A DNA stretch of 30,362 nucleotides, from IMG/VR virus record IMGVR_UViG_3300029818_000084, positions 1-30,362 of that record, one strand, 5' to 3'. A program made the translations under genes and the position numbers. Origin of the DNA: a virus (Duplodnaviria; Caudoviricetes). A model generated the notes under the pieces. It searched no databases and had not been told where the DNA came from. It worked only from the letters and a program-made list of their open reading frames with translations. This document shows, one piece after another, positions 1 through 7,686 of this stretch (position 1 is its first letter; each line of letters begins with the position of its first letter).

Positions 1-315
1 ATGTGGTTTGAGTTACTCAAGGCCGCCGTCGAGGCCAGCAGCTGCCAAAAAGTCGCCGACACCCTCGACATTTCGCGCACCACAGTCAGCTTGATCGTCA
101 ACGGCAAATACCCGGCCAAGACGGACAAGATCGCCGCCCTGGTGATGGACACCTACGGACGCGTCCAATGCCCACACCTGAATGAAGAGATCAGCAACAA
201 CGAATGCCGCCTGCATCACTCGGCAGAAGTGCCCACCAGCAGCCCGCGCGCCATGCGTCATTGGAAAGCCTGCCAGAGCTGCCCGCACAAAGGAGAACAA
301 CATGCAAACAGCTAA
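1..315 (+). CDS. HTH DNA-binding protein with C-terminal Cys/His-rich (putative Zn-binding) motif
   Basis: N-terminal HTH-like QKVADTLDISRTTVSLIVNGKY; C-terminal CPH...C...CQSCPH. Confidence 0.7.
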   Translation: MWFELLKAAVEASSCQKVADTLDISRTTVSLIVNGKYPAKTDKIAALVMDTYGRVQCPHLNEEISNNECRLHHSAEVPTSSPRAMRHWKACQSCPHKGEQHANS

Positions 316-646
316 AACAGTTGAACCGCAAGCAATCAAGCCTGAAGCCACGCCGTTGTCAGAAGCCACGCTCGCAGCCATCCAGCGCATGTACGGCAAT
401 GCGCAGCAATCCATCAAGGCCATCGAATGGCTGACAGATCAGGGCTTCGAGCCGCACAGCATCCATGTCGGCCGCAGCACCAAACCGCTGATCCGCATCG
501 AAGGCTGCAGCCTGTGCCAGAAGCTCAAACGCGTTTACGGCGCATACCTCTACATGATGCGCCCCGGCCCGCGTGGCCGCGAGACCGTCTGGCGTGCCGT
601 GATCTATGGCTGCCTGGTCGAATGGACGGAGGTGAGCCATGCGTAA
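302..646 (+). CDS. hypothetical phage protein (114 aa)
   Basis: ATG 302 after AAGGAG RBS, in frame with track ORF 182..646; overlaps both neighbours. Confidence 0.7.
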   Translation: MQTAKTVEPQAIKPEATPLSEATLAAIQRMYGNAQQSIKAIEWLTDQGFEPHSIHVGRSTKPLIRIEGCSLCQKLKRVYGAYLYMMRPGPRGRETVWRAVIYGCLVEWTEVSHA

Positions 647-827
647 GCTGCTCGACGTGCTCTACGCACTGGCGTTTATTGCCATCTTCACCCTGGCGCA
701 GTACTTGGCCAGTGAACCGCCAAAGCCACGCATGTTGATGGCCGAAACAGAAACCGATATCGAGGTGGTTGATATGGCCTGCCCGATCGAGGGCGGCTGC
801 GATGGTTTGGAGACTGCGGCGAAATGA
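639..827 (+). CDS. small hypothetical protein with N-terminal hydrophobic helix
   Basis: GGAGG RBS; LLDVLYALAFIAIFTLAQYLA; ATGA overlap with next gene. Confidence 0.65.
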   Translation: MRKLLDVLYALAFIAIFTLAQYLASEPPKPRMLMAETETDIEVVDMACPIEGGCDGLETAAK

Positions 828-1468
828 CCAAGAGCCGAGGAATAAACCGTCCCAAGGCACTCTGGACGCCAGAGCAAGATGAAATTCTGCAAGCCCGCTA
901 TCCGCACGAATTGACGGAAAACCTGACAGGCATCTTGGACAAGACAGTGCTGCAAATATACAGCCGGGCTGTCAAATTCAAGCTGAAGAAAACCGCCGAA
1001 TTTCTAGCCAGCAGGCTCTCCGGTCGCCTGGATGGAATCAAGGGTTCCGATACCCGTTTCCAGAAAGGGCACAACACCTGGAACAAGGATATGAAAGGGC
1101 TGATGATCGGCGGAGAAGCCACCCAATTCAAGCCTGGCCAGATGCCGCACAACCATCTGCCTGTCGGCACGGTGGTCAAGGACACGGAAGGTTATATGAA
1201 GGTCAAGGTGGCAGAGCCGAAGCAATGGGAGTTCCTGCACATCAAGACCTGGCGCGAAGCGCATGGGCCAATCTCCAAGGGTAGCGCCGTGATATTCAAG
1301 GACAAGAACCGCGAAAACTGCGCGCTGGATAACCTGGAACTGGTTACCCGTGCAGAGTTAATGCGCCGCAACAGCTACCACAACTATGGCAAGGAAATCG
1401 CCCAGCTGGTGCAGCTCAAGGGCGCTATCACGCGCCAAATCAATAAACGCGAAAGGAATCATAAATGA
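824..1468 (+). CDS. HNH-type endonuclease-family phage protein with N-terminal Myb/HTH-like motif
   Basis: FQKGH..WNK / FKPGQMPHN repeats, H..W...HGPI..G..VIFKDKNRENC.LDNL signature. Confidence 0.8.
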   Translation: MTKSRGINRPKALWTPEQDEILQARYPHELTENLTGILDKTVLQIYSRAVKFKLKKTAEFLASRLSGRLDGIKGSDTRFQKGHNTWNKDMKGLMIGGEATQFKPGQMPHNHLPVGTVVKDTEGYMKVKVAEPKQWEFLHIKTWREAHGPISKGSAVIFKDKNRENCALDNLELVTRAELMRRNSYHNYGKEIAQLVQLKGAITRQINKRERNHK

Positions 1469-1827
1469 GCGATATCGACACCCTGCGTGAACATTTGTTC
1501 GACACGTTGAAAGCGCTGAAAGACCAGGACAAACCGATGGAAATCGAGCGCGCCAAAGCCATCACCGACACAGCGCAGGTAATCATCAATTGCGCAAAAG
1601 TTGAAGTTGATTTCCTGAAGGCCAACGGCAGCATAGAAACCAAGTTTTTCAGCAAGCCGGCATTGCCTTCACCAACATCTGGCAGTGCATTGCCCAACAA
1701 GGCCAATCCTGATGATCAACAGAATCAAGATGTCGTCAAAGCAGACCGTGATCGCCTGATCGATACAGGCAAGGTGACGGTAGACCACCGCAATGGTCAG
1801 CGCATCGTAATTCACAAGATGATCTGA
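1465..1827 (+). CDS. conserved phage protein typically following this HNH family
   Basis: LREHLFDTL...EIERAKAI...AQVIIN.AKVEVD motif; ATGA overlap. Confidence 0.7.
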   Translation: MSDIDTLREHLFDTLKALKDQDKPMEIERAKAITDTAQVIINCAKVEVDFLKANGSIETKFFSKPALPSPTSGSALPNKANPDDQQNQDVVKADRDRLIDTGKVTVDHRNGQRIVIHKMI

Positions 1828-1828
1828 C

Positions 1829-2236
1829 ATGAGCACGACAAAACAACGTCAAGTCTGGACACCTGAAATGGATGAAATCCTGCGTGCGCAATACGAGACC
1901 ACGCCGGTGGAAGACATCAAGCGCAGCGCGGGTTGGGATATCGACGTCAAGGCGATCACGGGCAGAGCCAACCGGCTTGGCCTGCGTCGCATGATCGGCC
2001 GCCAGCGGCAAGGTTTCTGGAACCCGGCACGCGACAAGCAGCTGCGCGATCTTTACCCCGTCATGCGTACCAGCGAACTGATGAAAACACTGGGGTGGAC
2101 CTGCTCGATCAGCTCCGTGCACCAGCGTGCCAGTGCGCTGGGCATCACCAAGCGCCCGCCGGAGATCGAGCAATGCATGCTCAAAGTGCAAGAGCACCAC
2201 GGCTACCGCGTTTTAACACACAGGATGGGAGGCTGA
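1829..2236 (+). CDS. hypothetical protein with two Myb/SANT-like HTH repeats
   Basis: WTPEMDEILRAQY...RANRLGL and WNPARDKQLRDLY...RASALGI. Confidence 0.65.
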   Translation: MSTTKQRQVWTPEMDEILRAQYETTPVEDIKRSAGWDIDVKAITGRANRLGLRRMIGRQRQGFWNPARDKQLRDLYPVMRTSELMKTLGWTCSISSVHQRASALGITKRPPEIEQCMLKVQEHHGYRVLTHRMGG

Positions 2237-2237
2237 T

Positions 2238-2558
2238 ATGCGCACCACCAAACACGATCTGATGGCCATCATGAGCCAGCACTGCGGCGCTGATAAAGGC
2301 GTCAGCGCTTCGGATATCGCTTACATATTGCACATCCCCGAGCGCCGCGTGCGCCACCTGGTGACAGAGTGCCGCGAGGATGGCATCGCCATCTGCGGCC
2401 ACCCGGCCACCGGCTACTACGTGGCCAGATCCACCGAAGAGCTGGAAGACACCATCGACTTCCTCAAGGAGCGCGCGCTGCACAGCCTGAAGCTGGCCAG
2501 CAAGCTCTCGAAAATCCCGCTGGCCGATCTGGTCGGTCAGCTGCACCTGAAAACTTGA
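2238..2558 (+). CDS. winged-HTH DNA-binding protein
   Basis: VSASDIAYILHIPERRVRHLVTECREDGIAICG...GYY; GGAGG RBS. Confidence 0.75.
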   Translation: MRTTKHDLMAIMSQHCGADKGVSASDIAYILHIPERRVRHLVTECREDGIAICGHPATGYYVARSTEELEDTIDFLKERALHSLKLASKLSKIPLADLVGQLHLKT

Positions 2559-2619
2559 CGTGCAAAGAACTTGAATTTTTAACGACAACGAACTTTGACA
2601 TTAACGAATGGAGACCAAT

Positions 2620-3141
2620 ATGGCATCAATCGCCGACATTGAAGAAAAAGCCAAGGCATACAGCAAGCGCCGCGCCACCCTGGTGCAGCGCGTTCTGCTG
2701 CTAAATTTAGCCATTGATCAACTCAAGCGCAAGCACATCCCGGACATTAAAGATGCCGTCAACGTGACAGCCGCCGCGCAATCAGAACTCAACGCGCTGC
2801 TTGCTGAGTCGCCGGATCTGTTCGTCAAGCCGCGCACTGTCATCTTCCACGGAGTGAAAGTCGGCTATCAGAAACAAAAAGGCAAGATCGAGATCGCTGA
2901 CGAGGAAAAGACCATCCTCCTTATCCGCAAGCACCTCGGCGACCAGGCCGACCTGCTGATCGCAATTAAGGAGACCGTCAGCAAGGATGCCTTGGCCAAT
3001 ATCCCGGTTTCAGATCTCAAGCGCATTGGCTGCAATGTAGTGGCCGACACAGATGCCGTAGTCATCAAGCCAACCGACAGCGAGGTGGACAAGCTGGTGA
3101 CCGCGCTACTGAAAGATGCGACGGATGAGGTGGCGGCATGA
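2620..3141 (+). CDS. gam: Gam-like host-nuclease inhibitor family protein
   Basis: Coiled-coil N-terminus, LFVKPRTVIFHGVKVGYQK and KETVSKDAL...LKRIG motifs; GGAG RBS favours ATG 2620 over 2608; early-region position. Confidence 0.7.
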   Translation: MASIADIEEKAKAYSKRRATLVQRVLLLNLAIDQLKRKHIPDIKDAVNVTAAAQSELNALLAESPDLFVKPRTVIFHGVKVGYQKQKGKIEIADEEKTILLIRKHLGDQADLLIAIKETVSKDALANIPVSDLKRIGCNVVADTDAVVIKPTDSEVDKLVTALLKDATDEVAA

Positions 3142-3386
3142 GAACCATACAGACATTTTGGGAGGAGTTCGAAAGCGTCGCTATACCAGCAGGCGCTTCA
3201 CAGATTCAACGTCAAGAGATGCGTCGTGCTTTTTATGCGGGGGCGACTGCGATCATGTCGATCATGGTTGATATTTCTGAAGGCGCTGTTTCAGATCCGA
3301 GCACCGCGCATGAAGGCGCACTGGCGTTTAAAAACCTGCTCCATGAAGCGGATGCCTTCATTGAACGTATTGGGGTTGATGCGTGA
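3138..3386 (+). CDS. hypothetical phage protein
   Basis: GAGG RBS, ATGA overlap; Q..EMRRAFYAGA motif common in phage small proteins. Confidence 0.7.
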   Translation: MRTIQTFWEEFESVAIPAGASQIQRQEMRRAFYAGATAIMSIMVDISEGAVSDPSTAHEGALAFKNLLHEADAFIERIGVDA

Positions 3387-3589
3387 GCTTCAAAGTCCTG
3401 CTCACCCTGCAGCAACGCATCAAGCGCATTCAGGACCATGTCTCCGAAAACCCGGAACACAAGGTCACCAGATGGGAGATCAACTACATGCGCGACCTGC
3501 AGGAGAAAGGTATCAAGTTCGGCTCCGAGGCGCAGAACATCGTGCTGGGCCGGATCGAGAAAAGGGTCTTCGGCAAGGCTGAAGACTGA
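3383..3589 (+). CDS. hypothetical phage protein
   Basis: GTGA overlap with previous stop; phage-typical codon usage. Confidence 0.65.
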   Translation: MSFKVLLTLQQRIKRIQDHVSENPEHKVTRWEINYMRDLQEKGIKFGSEAQNIVLGRIEKRVFGKAED

Positions 3590-3601
3590 CAGTTGACCGA
3601 T

Positions 3602-3676
3602 GGACAAGCCGTGAGTGTCCGAAATAACCACGGCAGGCGGCGATGTTGTTTTCAAACTTTTCCAACAGGCGCCGCC
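3602..3676 (+). ncRNA. putative structured RNA: H-type pseudoknot followed by hairpin
   Basis: GGACA 3602-06/TGTCC 3616-20; GCCGTG 3608-13/CACGGC 3629-34; GGCGGCG-TGTTG 3636-48/CAACA-CGCCGCC 3663-76. Confidence 0.5.
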
Positions 3677-3707
3677 ACAACCTACAAACCGAAAGAAAGG
3701 AAAGACC

Positions 3708-3953
3708 ATGAGTATAGCAATGCGCGCCAAGATGCGACTGAATTCAATAACCAAATATGACGGCAGCGAGAGACTGAGTTTCTCTGCGGTTGCAAAATCC
3801 GGCAGCTATCCGGAAGACGGGTCTGACGAAGATAACACCTTTGCCAAGTTCAGCCCGGACGGCAAGCTGGAGATCCTCGTAAACAACCCAGCCCTGATCG
3901 GCAAATTCCAAGTTGGCGAGAAGTACTACGTCGACTTCACCAAGGCCGAATAA
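3708..3953 (+). CDS. hypothetical phage protein (81 aa)
   Basis: AAAGGA RBS before ATG 3708; MRAKM...EDNTFAKFSPDG.L.I.V.NPAL.GKF..GEKYYVDFT. Confidence 0.75.
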   Translation: MSIAMRAKMRLNSITKYDGSERLSFSAVAKSGSYPEDGSDEDNTFAKFSPDGKLEILVNNPALIGKFQVGEKYYVDFTKAE

Positions 3954-3978
3954 ACAGTTCACATCGAAAGGAAAGACC

Positions 3979-4254
3979 ATGAATAAAGCAGACTTGATAA
4001 AGGCCGTGGCAGCGCATAGCGGCGTCGAAATGAAGGGTTTGACGGAGAACGTGATCGAGAGCCTCGGCACCATCGTGCAACAGGCGCTGGCGAACGGCGA
4101 CGAAGTGACCTTGCCCGGCCTCGGCAAGCTCTCAGTCACCGAACGTGCAGCTCGCACCGGGCGCAACCCGCAGACCGGCGAAGAGATCGAGATCGCCGCA
4201 CGGCGTGTGCCTAAATTCAGCGCCGCCAAGGCACTCAAGGACGCGGTGGCTTGA
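3979..4254 (+). CDS. hup: HU family histone-like DNA-binding protein
   Basis: MNKADLIKAVA...GDEVTLPGLGKL....RAARTGRNPQTGEEIEI.A...PKFSA.KALKDAV; RBS before ATG 3979. Confidence 0.95.
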   Translation: MNKADLIKAVAAHSGVEMKGLTENVIESLGTIVQQALANGDEVTLPGLGKLSVTERAARTGRNPQTGEEIEIAARRVPKFSAAKALKDAVA

Positions 4255-4273
4255 TACCCGCAAGGGGCATGTC

Positions 4274-4363
4274 CGTCAAATCGGCTGCTGAAGCAGCTCG
4301 GTTTGACGCCAGACCTTCGCCTGCAGCGCATCGTTAACTCGGTGCGCTGTGGAGGAAGGTTTT
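4274..4363 (+). terminator. two long hairpins after HU; terminator or RNase III-like processing site
   Basis: CGTCAAATCG-GCTGC/GCAGC-CGGTTTGACG (4274-4308); ACCTTC..GCAGCGCATCG/CGGTGCGCTGT..GAAGGT (4313-4360) followed by TTT. Confidence 0.55.
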
Positions 4364-4396
4364 AACGAGATATCGAGATGGAAAAATTGAATTATG

Positions 4397-4783
4397 TCAG
4401 TAAAACCAGCTGGAAATAATTGGATATGCCCATATGAATAACTCTTTGATATATGGCAGGAACACACCAGAAAAAGCTGCAATCGCTGCAACCATAGTCC
4501 ATTTTGCCGATTGCAGAGCAGCTCTTGCTGTTTCGCTCGACGCATGTGCAGATTTTCTGGCAGCTTCAGCTGAGTCTTTTGTTGCATTAATGCTCAACAT
4601 TTGCAAATCAAATCGCTCTTTCTCGGCTGCCTCACGCAGTTTTATTTCATGGGCAGCCAACCACTCAGAAAGCAGACTTTTAATGTACGGATTCGCTGTT
4701 TCCATTTGGCCTTTCACCCATGCTTCACCGTTTTCATCACATTCAGCAAATACCTCTTCTTTTGTTGGTCCGAGCACCAGCAT
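4397..4783 (-). CDS. moron: C-terminally membrane-anchored coiled-coil protein
   Basis: Only well-supported minus-strand gene; AAGGA RBS; AT-richer; Ala-rich helix then hydrophobic WTMVAAIAAFSGVFLPYI. Confidence 0.7.
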   Translation of the reverse strand: MLVLGPTKEEVFAECDENGEAWVKGQMETANPYIKSLLSEWLAAHEIKLREAAEKERFDLQMLSINATKDSAEAARKSAHASSETARAALQSAKWTMVAAIAAFSGVFLPYIKELFIWAYPIISSWFY

Positions 4784-4819
4784 GATTTTTTCCTTGGTTA
4801 TTTATCTGTAGATAAAACT

Positions 4820-5224
4820 ATGAAACAACGAACAATCATGCGCAACTCGGAACTGGCGAAGATCCACATCGCCAAGCAACAGCTCGGTCTCGATGACGAC
4901 ACTTATCGCTCGATGCTGTGGACGGTGGCGCGGGTGCGCTCTGCGGCGGATCTCGATCATGCCGGCCGCCAGGCTGTGCTCGATCACCTCAAGGCGCGTG
5001 GCTTCAAGACACCCAGCAAGCCGGATGTAACCAGCATCAAACGGCCACTCATCGCCAAGATCGGCGCGCTGCTGGCCGATATGAAATTAAGCTGGGCCTA
5101 TGCTGAAGGCATCGCCAAACAGATGCATGGCCGCGACAAACTGGCCTGGTGCACCCCGCAAGAATTGCGCGGCATTGTGGCGGCGCTGGCCAAGCGCCAG
5201 AGAGGTCTGCATGGTCATGATTAA
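4820..5224 (+). CDS. gemA: Mu gp16 / GemA family protein (DUF1018)
   Basis: LAKIHIAKQQLGLDDDTYRSML....SAADL......VLDHLKARGF signature; start 4820 or 4838. Confidence 0.9.
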   Translation: MKQRTIMRNSELAKIHIAKQQLGLDDDTYRSMLWTVARVRSAADLDHAGRQAVLDHLKARGFKTPSKPDVTSIKRPLIAKIGALLADMKLSWAYAEGIAKQMHGRDKLAWCTPQELRGIVAALAKRQRGLHGHD

Positions 5225-5621
5225 AGGCATGGTGGCAGTGGCCACTATCGAGATCGACGAACGCCTGCTACCGCGCACCGTGCGCGATATTGCCGAAATC
5301 ATCGGCCTGCAGGCCACGCTCAAACTGGTGGAACACTACCAGGGCGTGCCCATGTGGGTGCCGGTGAATTATGACCCGGAACACATCCTGGTGCGCCTTG
5401 TTGGCCACGAGGCAGCGCTAAAACTGATTGAACAATACGGCGGCGAAAAGCCGGAGATCCCGCGATGCACCGACGCGATCCGCGCCGTGCGCAATGCAAA
5501 GATCTGCGCATCGGATAAATCACAGCGCCAACTGGCGCTGGAACACGGACTCACCATCCGCCAGATCCGCAACATCCAGAACGGGGTGGAAGTGGATGAC
5601 GGGCAGGATAGCTTGTTTTAA
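5211..5621 (+). CDS. mor: Mor/C family transcription activator
   Basis: LPRTVRDIAEIIGLQATLKLVEHYQG...YGGE..EIPRC...RN..I.....SQRQLALEHGLTIRQIRNI...QDSLF; follows gemA; start uncertain (5211-5238). Confidence 0.85.
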   Translation: MVMIKGMVAVATIEIDERLLPRTVRDIAEIIGLQATLKLVEHYQGVPMWVPVNYDPEHILVRLVGHEAALKLIEQYGGEKPEIPRCTDAIRAVRNAKICASDKSQRQLALEHGLTIRQIRNIQNGVEVDDGQDSLF

Positions 5622-5646
5622 TATGGGCCCCTTGGAGGTAGAAACG

Positions 5647-5925
5647 ATGGACAAACTAAAAACCCTGCTGGACCGATGCAAGTGCGGCGTGTTCTTGGCG
5701 GTGAACGAACACCGCAACTACTACGAAACGCCCGCGGATCGGCTTGCCTGGTACGCTGAACTTGAGTGCCAGCCAGAGATCAGCGACGATGTTGCCGCTG
5801 GCATCTTGAGCAGCGGCAACATCGTGGACTTGCAGTTTTACCCGGACACGCCAATCGGCAGCTACCAGATCGTGCACTATGATCTGGACAAAGCGCTGCA
5901 GTTGGCACTGGAGTTTCTTGGCTGA
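5647..5925 (+). CDS. hypothetical soluble protein (92 aa)
   Basis: GGAGG RBS before ATG 5647; no hydrophobic segment. Confidence 0.7.
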   Translation: MDKLKTLLDRCKCGVFLAVNEHRNYYETPADRLAWYAELECQPEISDDVAAGILSSGNIVDLQFYPDTPIGSYQIVHYDLDKALQLALEFLG

Positions 5926-5970
5926 ATTTATTCAGCCTGATGTTTTCTTAAAAATGAAAGGGGAATAAAA

Positions 5971-6495
5971 ATGAACAAGTACCTCGTAGCCATGCTGATG
6001 GCCGTTGTTGTCACTGGCTGTGGCCAGGAGCAGTCAGCCGCTGAGGCTGCAGCACCTGCAGAAATCGTTGCGGCTACACCGATAATTGAGCATCACTACT
6101 CACTCAAGGATGGCCTTGAATACGGCTATGAGCAGGCGGTGAGCCTGGATGCGCAAAATGCCGGGCAGGTGGCCGGGAAGTTGATGATGTTCAAGTTCGC
6201 CGGGGAAAATGGCGGTCTTTATCAGGCTTATAGCAAGGATGCCTCTGGCGCTATTACTGTTGCAGAATGCGCGAACCCGTGCGAATTCATCAAGGTGATG
6301 GTGTTTTACGATGGGGAACACATCAACACTGAACGTATGCGTGCAACTGAAGGCACAATCGGCTGGCATGTCATGGCAGATGCCATCAACGGCAAGATGG
6401 AACAATACCAGATCGATAAAAACGGTAAGAAATACACGGTATGGTTCGATGAAAAGAAGGGGCCAAAGACCACTGAAATCGCGCAAATTGAATAG
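5971..6495 (+). CDS. moron lipoprotein
   Basis: Signal peptide MNKYLVAMLMAVVVTGC with lipobox; Ala/Pro linker; AT-rich upstream region. Confidence 0.8.
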   Translation: MNKYLVAMLMAVVVTGCGQEQSAAEAAAPAEIVAATPIIEHHYSLKDGLEYGYEQAVSLDAQNAGQVAGKLMMFKFAGENGGLYQAYSKDASGAITVAECANPCEFIKVMVFYDGEHINTERMRATEGTIGWHVMADAINGKMEQYQIDKNGKKYTVWFDEKKGPKTTEIAQIE

Positions 6496-6547
6496 ACGGG
6501 AACCGCCCCACCTTTTCAAGCAGCTCAATCCCGCATAGAATGAATTA

Positions 6548-6577
6548 TCCGCCCGGCCAGTCCGGGCGGAACCTTTT
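6548..6577 (+). terminator. GC-rich hairpin, probable terminator overlapping the lysis promoter
   Basis: TCCGCCCGG 6548-56 / CCGGGCGGA 6562-70 followed by ACCTTTT. Confidence 0.5.
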
Positions 6578-6611
6578 CCGCCTTAGTTTTACTCCCGGCC
6601 ATGCATAGCAT
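6567..6611 (+). promoter_or_regulatory. putative activator-dependent late promoter (Plys equivalent)
   Basis: CGGAACCTTTTCCGCCTTA then -10 TAGCAT at 6606; same motif and spacing at 13633 and (degenerate) 6497. Confidence 0.65.
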
Positions 6612-6617
6612 GGCAAC

Positions 6618-7151
6618 ATGAAATCCGCTGCAAAATTCCTGATCGCTGGCCTTGGTGGTGTATCCATGCTGACATTCATTGCCAGCTGGGAGGGCACAGA
6701 GTCAAAGCCTTACCGCGATATCGCCGGGGTGTTGACCGTGTGCAACGGCTACACCGGCAGGGATATCGACCCCCACAAGGTCTACGGCAAGGCCGAGTGC
6801 GATGCATTGCTCAAGCAAGAGCTGACCGTGCACGGCAAGGCCGTGCTGGCCTGCGTCAAGGTGCCGCTTAACCAGAATCAATACAACGCCTTTGTCTCGC
6901 TGGCCTACAACGTCGGTGCTGGCGCGGTGTGCAGATCCGGCTTGCCCAATCGTAAAAACCTGATCGACCTCTTGAACGAAGGCGATTACACCGGCGCGTG
7001 CAACCGCATCCTGGCTTACAACAAGGCACGCGTGAACGGCCAACTGGTCGAGGTGCGCGGCTTGACCAACCGCCGCAAGGCAGAGCGCGATATGTGCCTG
7101 ACCCCATTAAGCCCGCCGGAAGGCGGAAGCCCGGAGGTGATCGATGCTTAA
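6618..7151 (+). CDS. lys: SAR-type endolysin, GH24 lysozyme
   Basis: Gly/Ala-rich weakly hydrophobic N-terminus then E-x8-D-x5-T triad (EGTESKPYRDIAGVLT); YNVG; GLTNRRKAER. Confidence 0.93.
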   Translation: MKSAAKFLIAGLGGVSMLTFIASWEGTESKPYRDIAGVLTVCNGYTGRDIDPHKVYGKAECDALLKQELTVHGKAVLACVKVPLNQNQYNAFVSLAYNVGAGAVCRSGLPNRKNLIDLLNEGDYTGACNRILAYNKARVNGQLVEVRGLTNRRKAERDMCLTPLSPPEGGSPEVIDA

Positions 7152-7686
7152 GATCCCTGCATGGGTGAAGCTGCTGGCAGTCGCGCTGGCAATTGTGGCC
7201 ATCATGTGGGCTATCTACGCCTACGGCGAAGAGCAGTTCTCACGCGGCGAGGTGGCCGAACGCGCACGCTGGCAGGTGCGCGAAAACGAGGAACTAGCCG
7301 CTGCCAATAGCACCATCATCATGCTCAATCGCCAGGCCCGCGACCGCGAGCGTCAACATGCCGAGGATATGGCCTTGGCCTCGGCATACTACCAGGAGGA
7401 CATCCGCCGTGTGGAACTTAAAAAAGACCGTGTTATTGCTGATCTGCGCGCTGGCACTCAGCGCCTGCGCATCCCCATTGCCGCCAGCCCGGCAGCCTGT
7501 AGTGGTATCACCACCGAAGCTTTCGCCGCCGCCAGCGGACGTGATGGTGCCGCGCGAGCCGAACTTTCTGGATCGGCTGCTGAATTTCTTGTCGGACTCG
7601 CCATCGACGCCGACAAAGTAGTGCATCAACTGACCGCCTGCCAACAGATCATCAAGGCTGACCGCGATCAACAAAAGGAAGAATAA
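7144..7686 (+). CDS. Rz: inner-membrane spanin (i-spanin)
   Basis: N-terminal TM helix, coiled coil, DLRAGTQRLRI and AD....QL.ACQ motifs; follows endolysin. Confidence 0.9.
   Translation: MLKIPAWVKLLAVALAIVAIMWAIYAYGEEQFSRGEVAERARWQVRENEELAAANSTIIMLNRQARDRERQHAEDMALASAYYQEDIRRVELKKDRVIADLRAGTQRLRIPIAASPAACSGITTEAFAAASGRDGAARAELSGSAAEFLVGLAIDADKVVHQLTACQQIIKADRDQQKEE
7409..7621 (+). CDS. Rz1: embedded outer-membrane spanin lipoprotein (o-spanin)
   Basis: GTG 7409 after AGGAGG, +1 frame inside Rz; signal peptide with lipobox LSAC; Pro-rich mature part. Confidence 0.85.
   Translation: MWNLKKTVLLLICALALSACASPLPPARQPVVVSPPKLSPPPADVMVPREPNFLDRLLNFLSDSPSTPTK

Noticed and set aside
2555-2625. TTGACG/TTGACA hexamers upstream of gam as a sigma70 promoter
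   Set aside because: No convincing -10 box at 16-18 nt spacing that leaves room for the RBS.
3587-3634. Pseudoknot as a stop-codon readthrough signal for ORF 3383..3589
   Set aside because: The spacer is 12 nt, and the readthrough frame is not in frame with the next gene and gives no meaningful product.
4434-4819. Plus-strand ORF 4434..4811 and the long N-terminal extension of GemA from 4601
   Set aside because: Shadow of the minus-strand moron, which has the RBS and coherent protein features. GemA similarity begins only near 4838.
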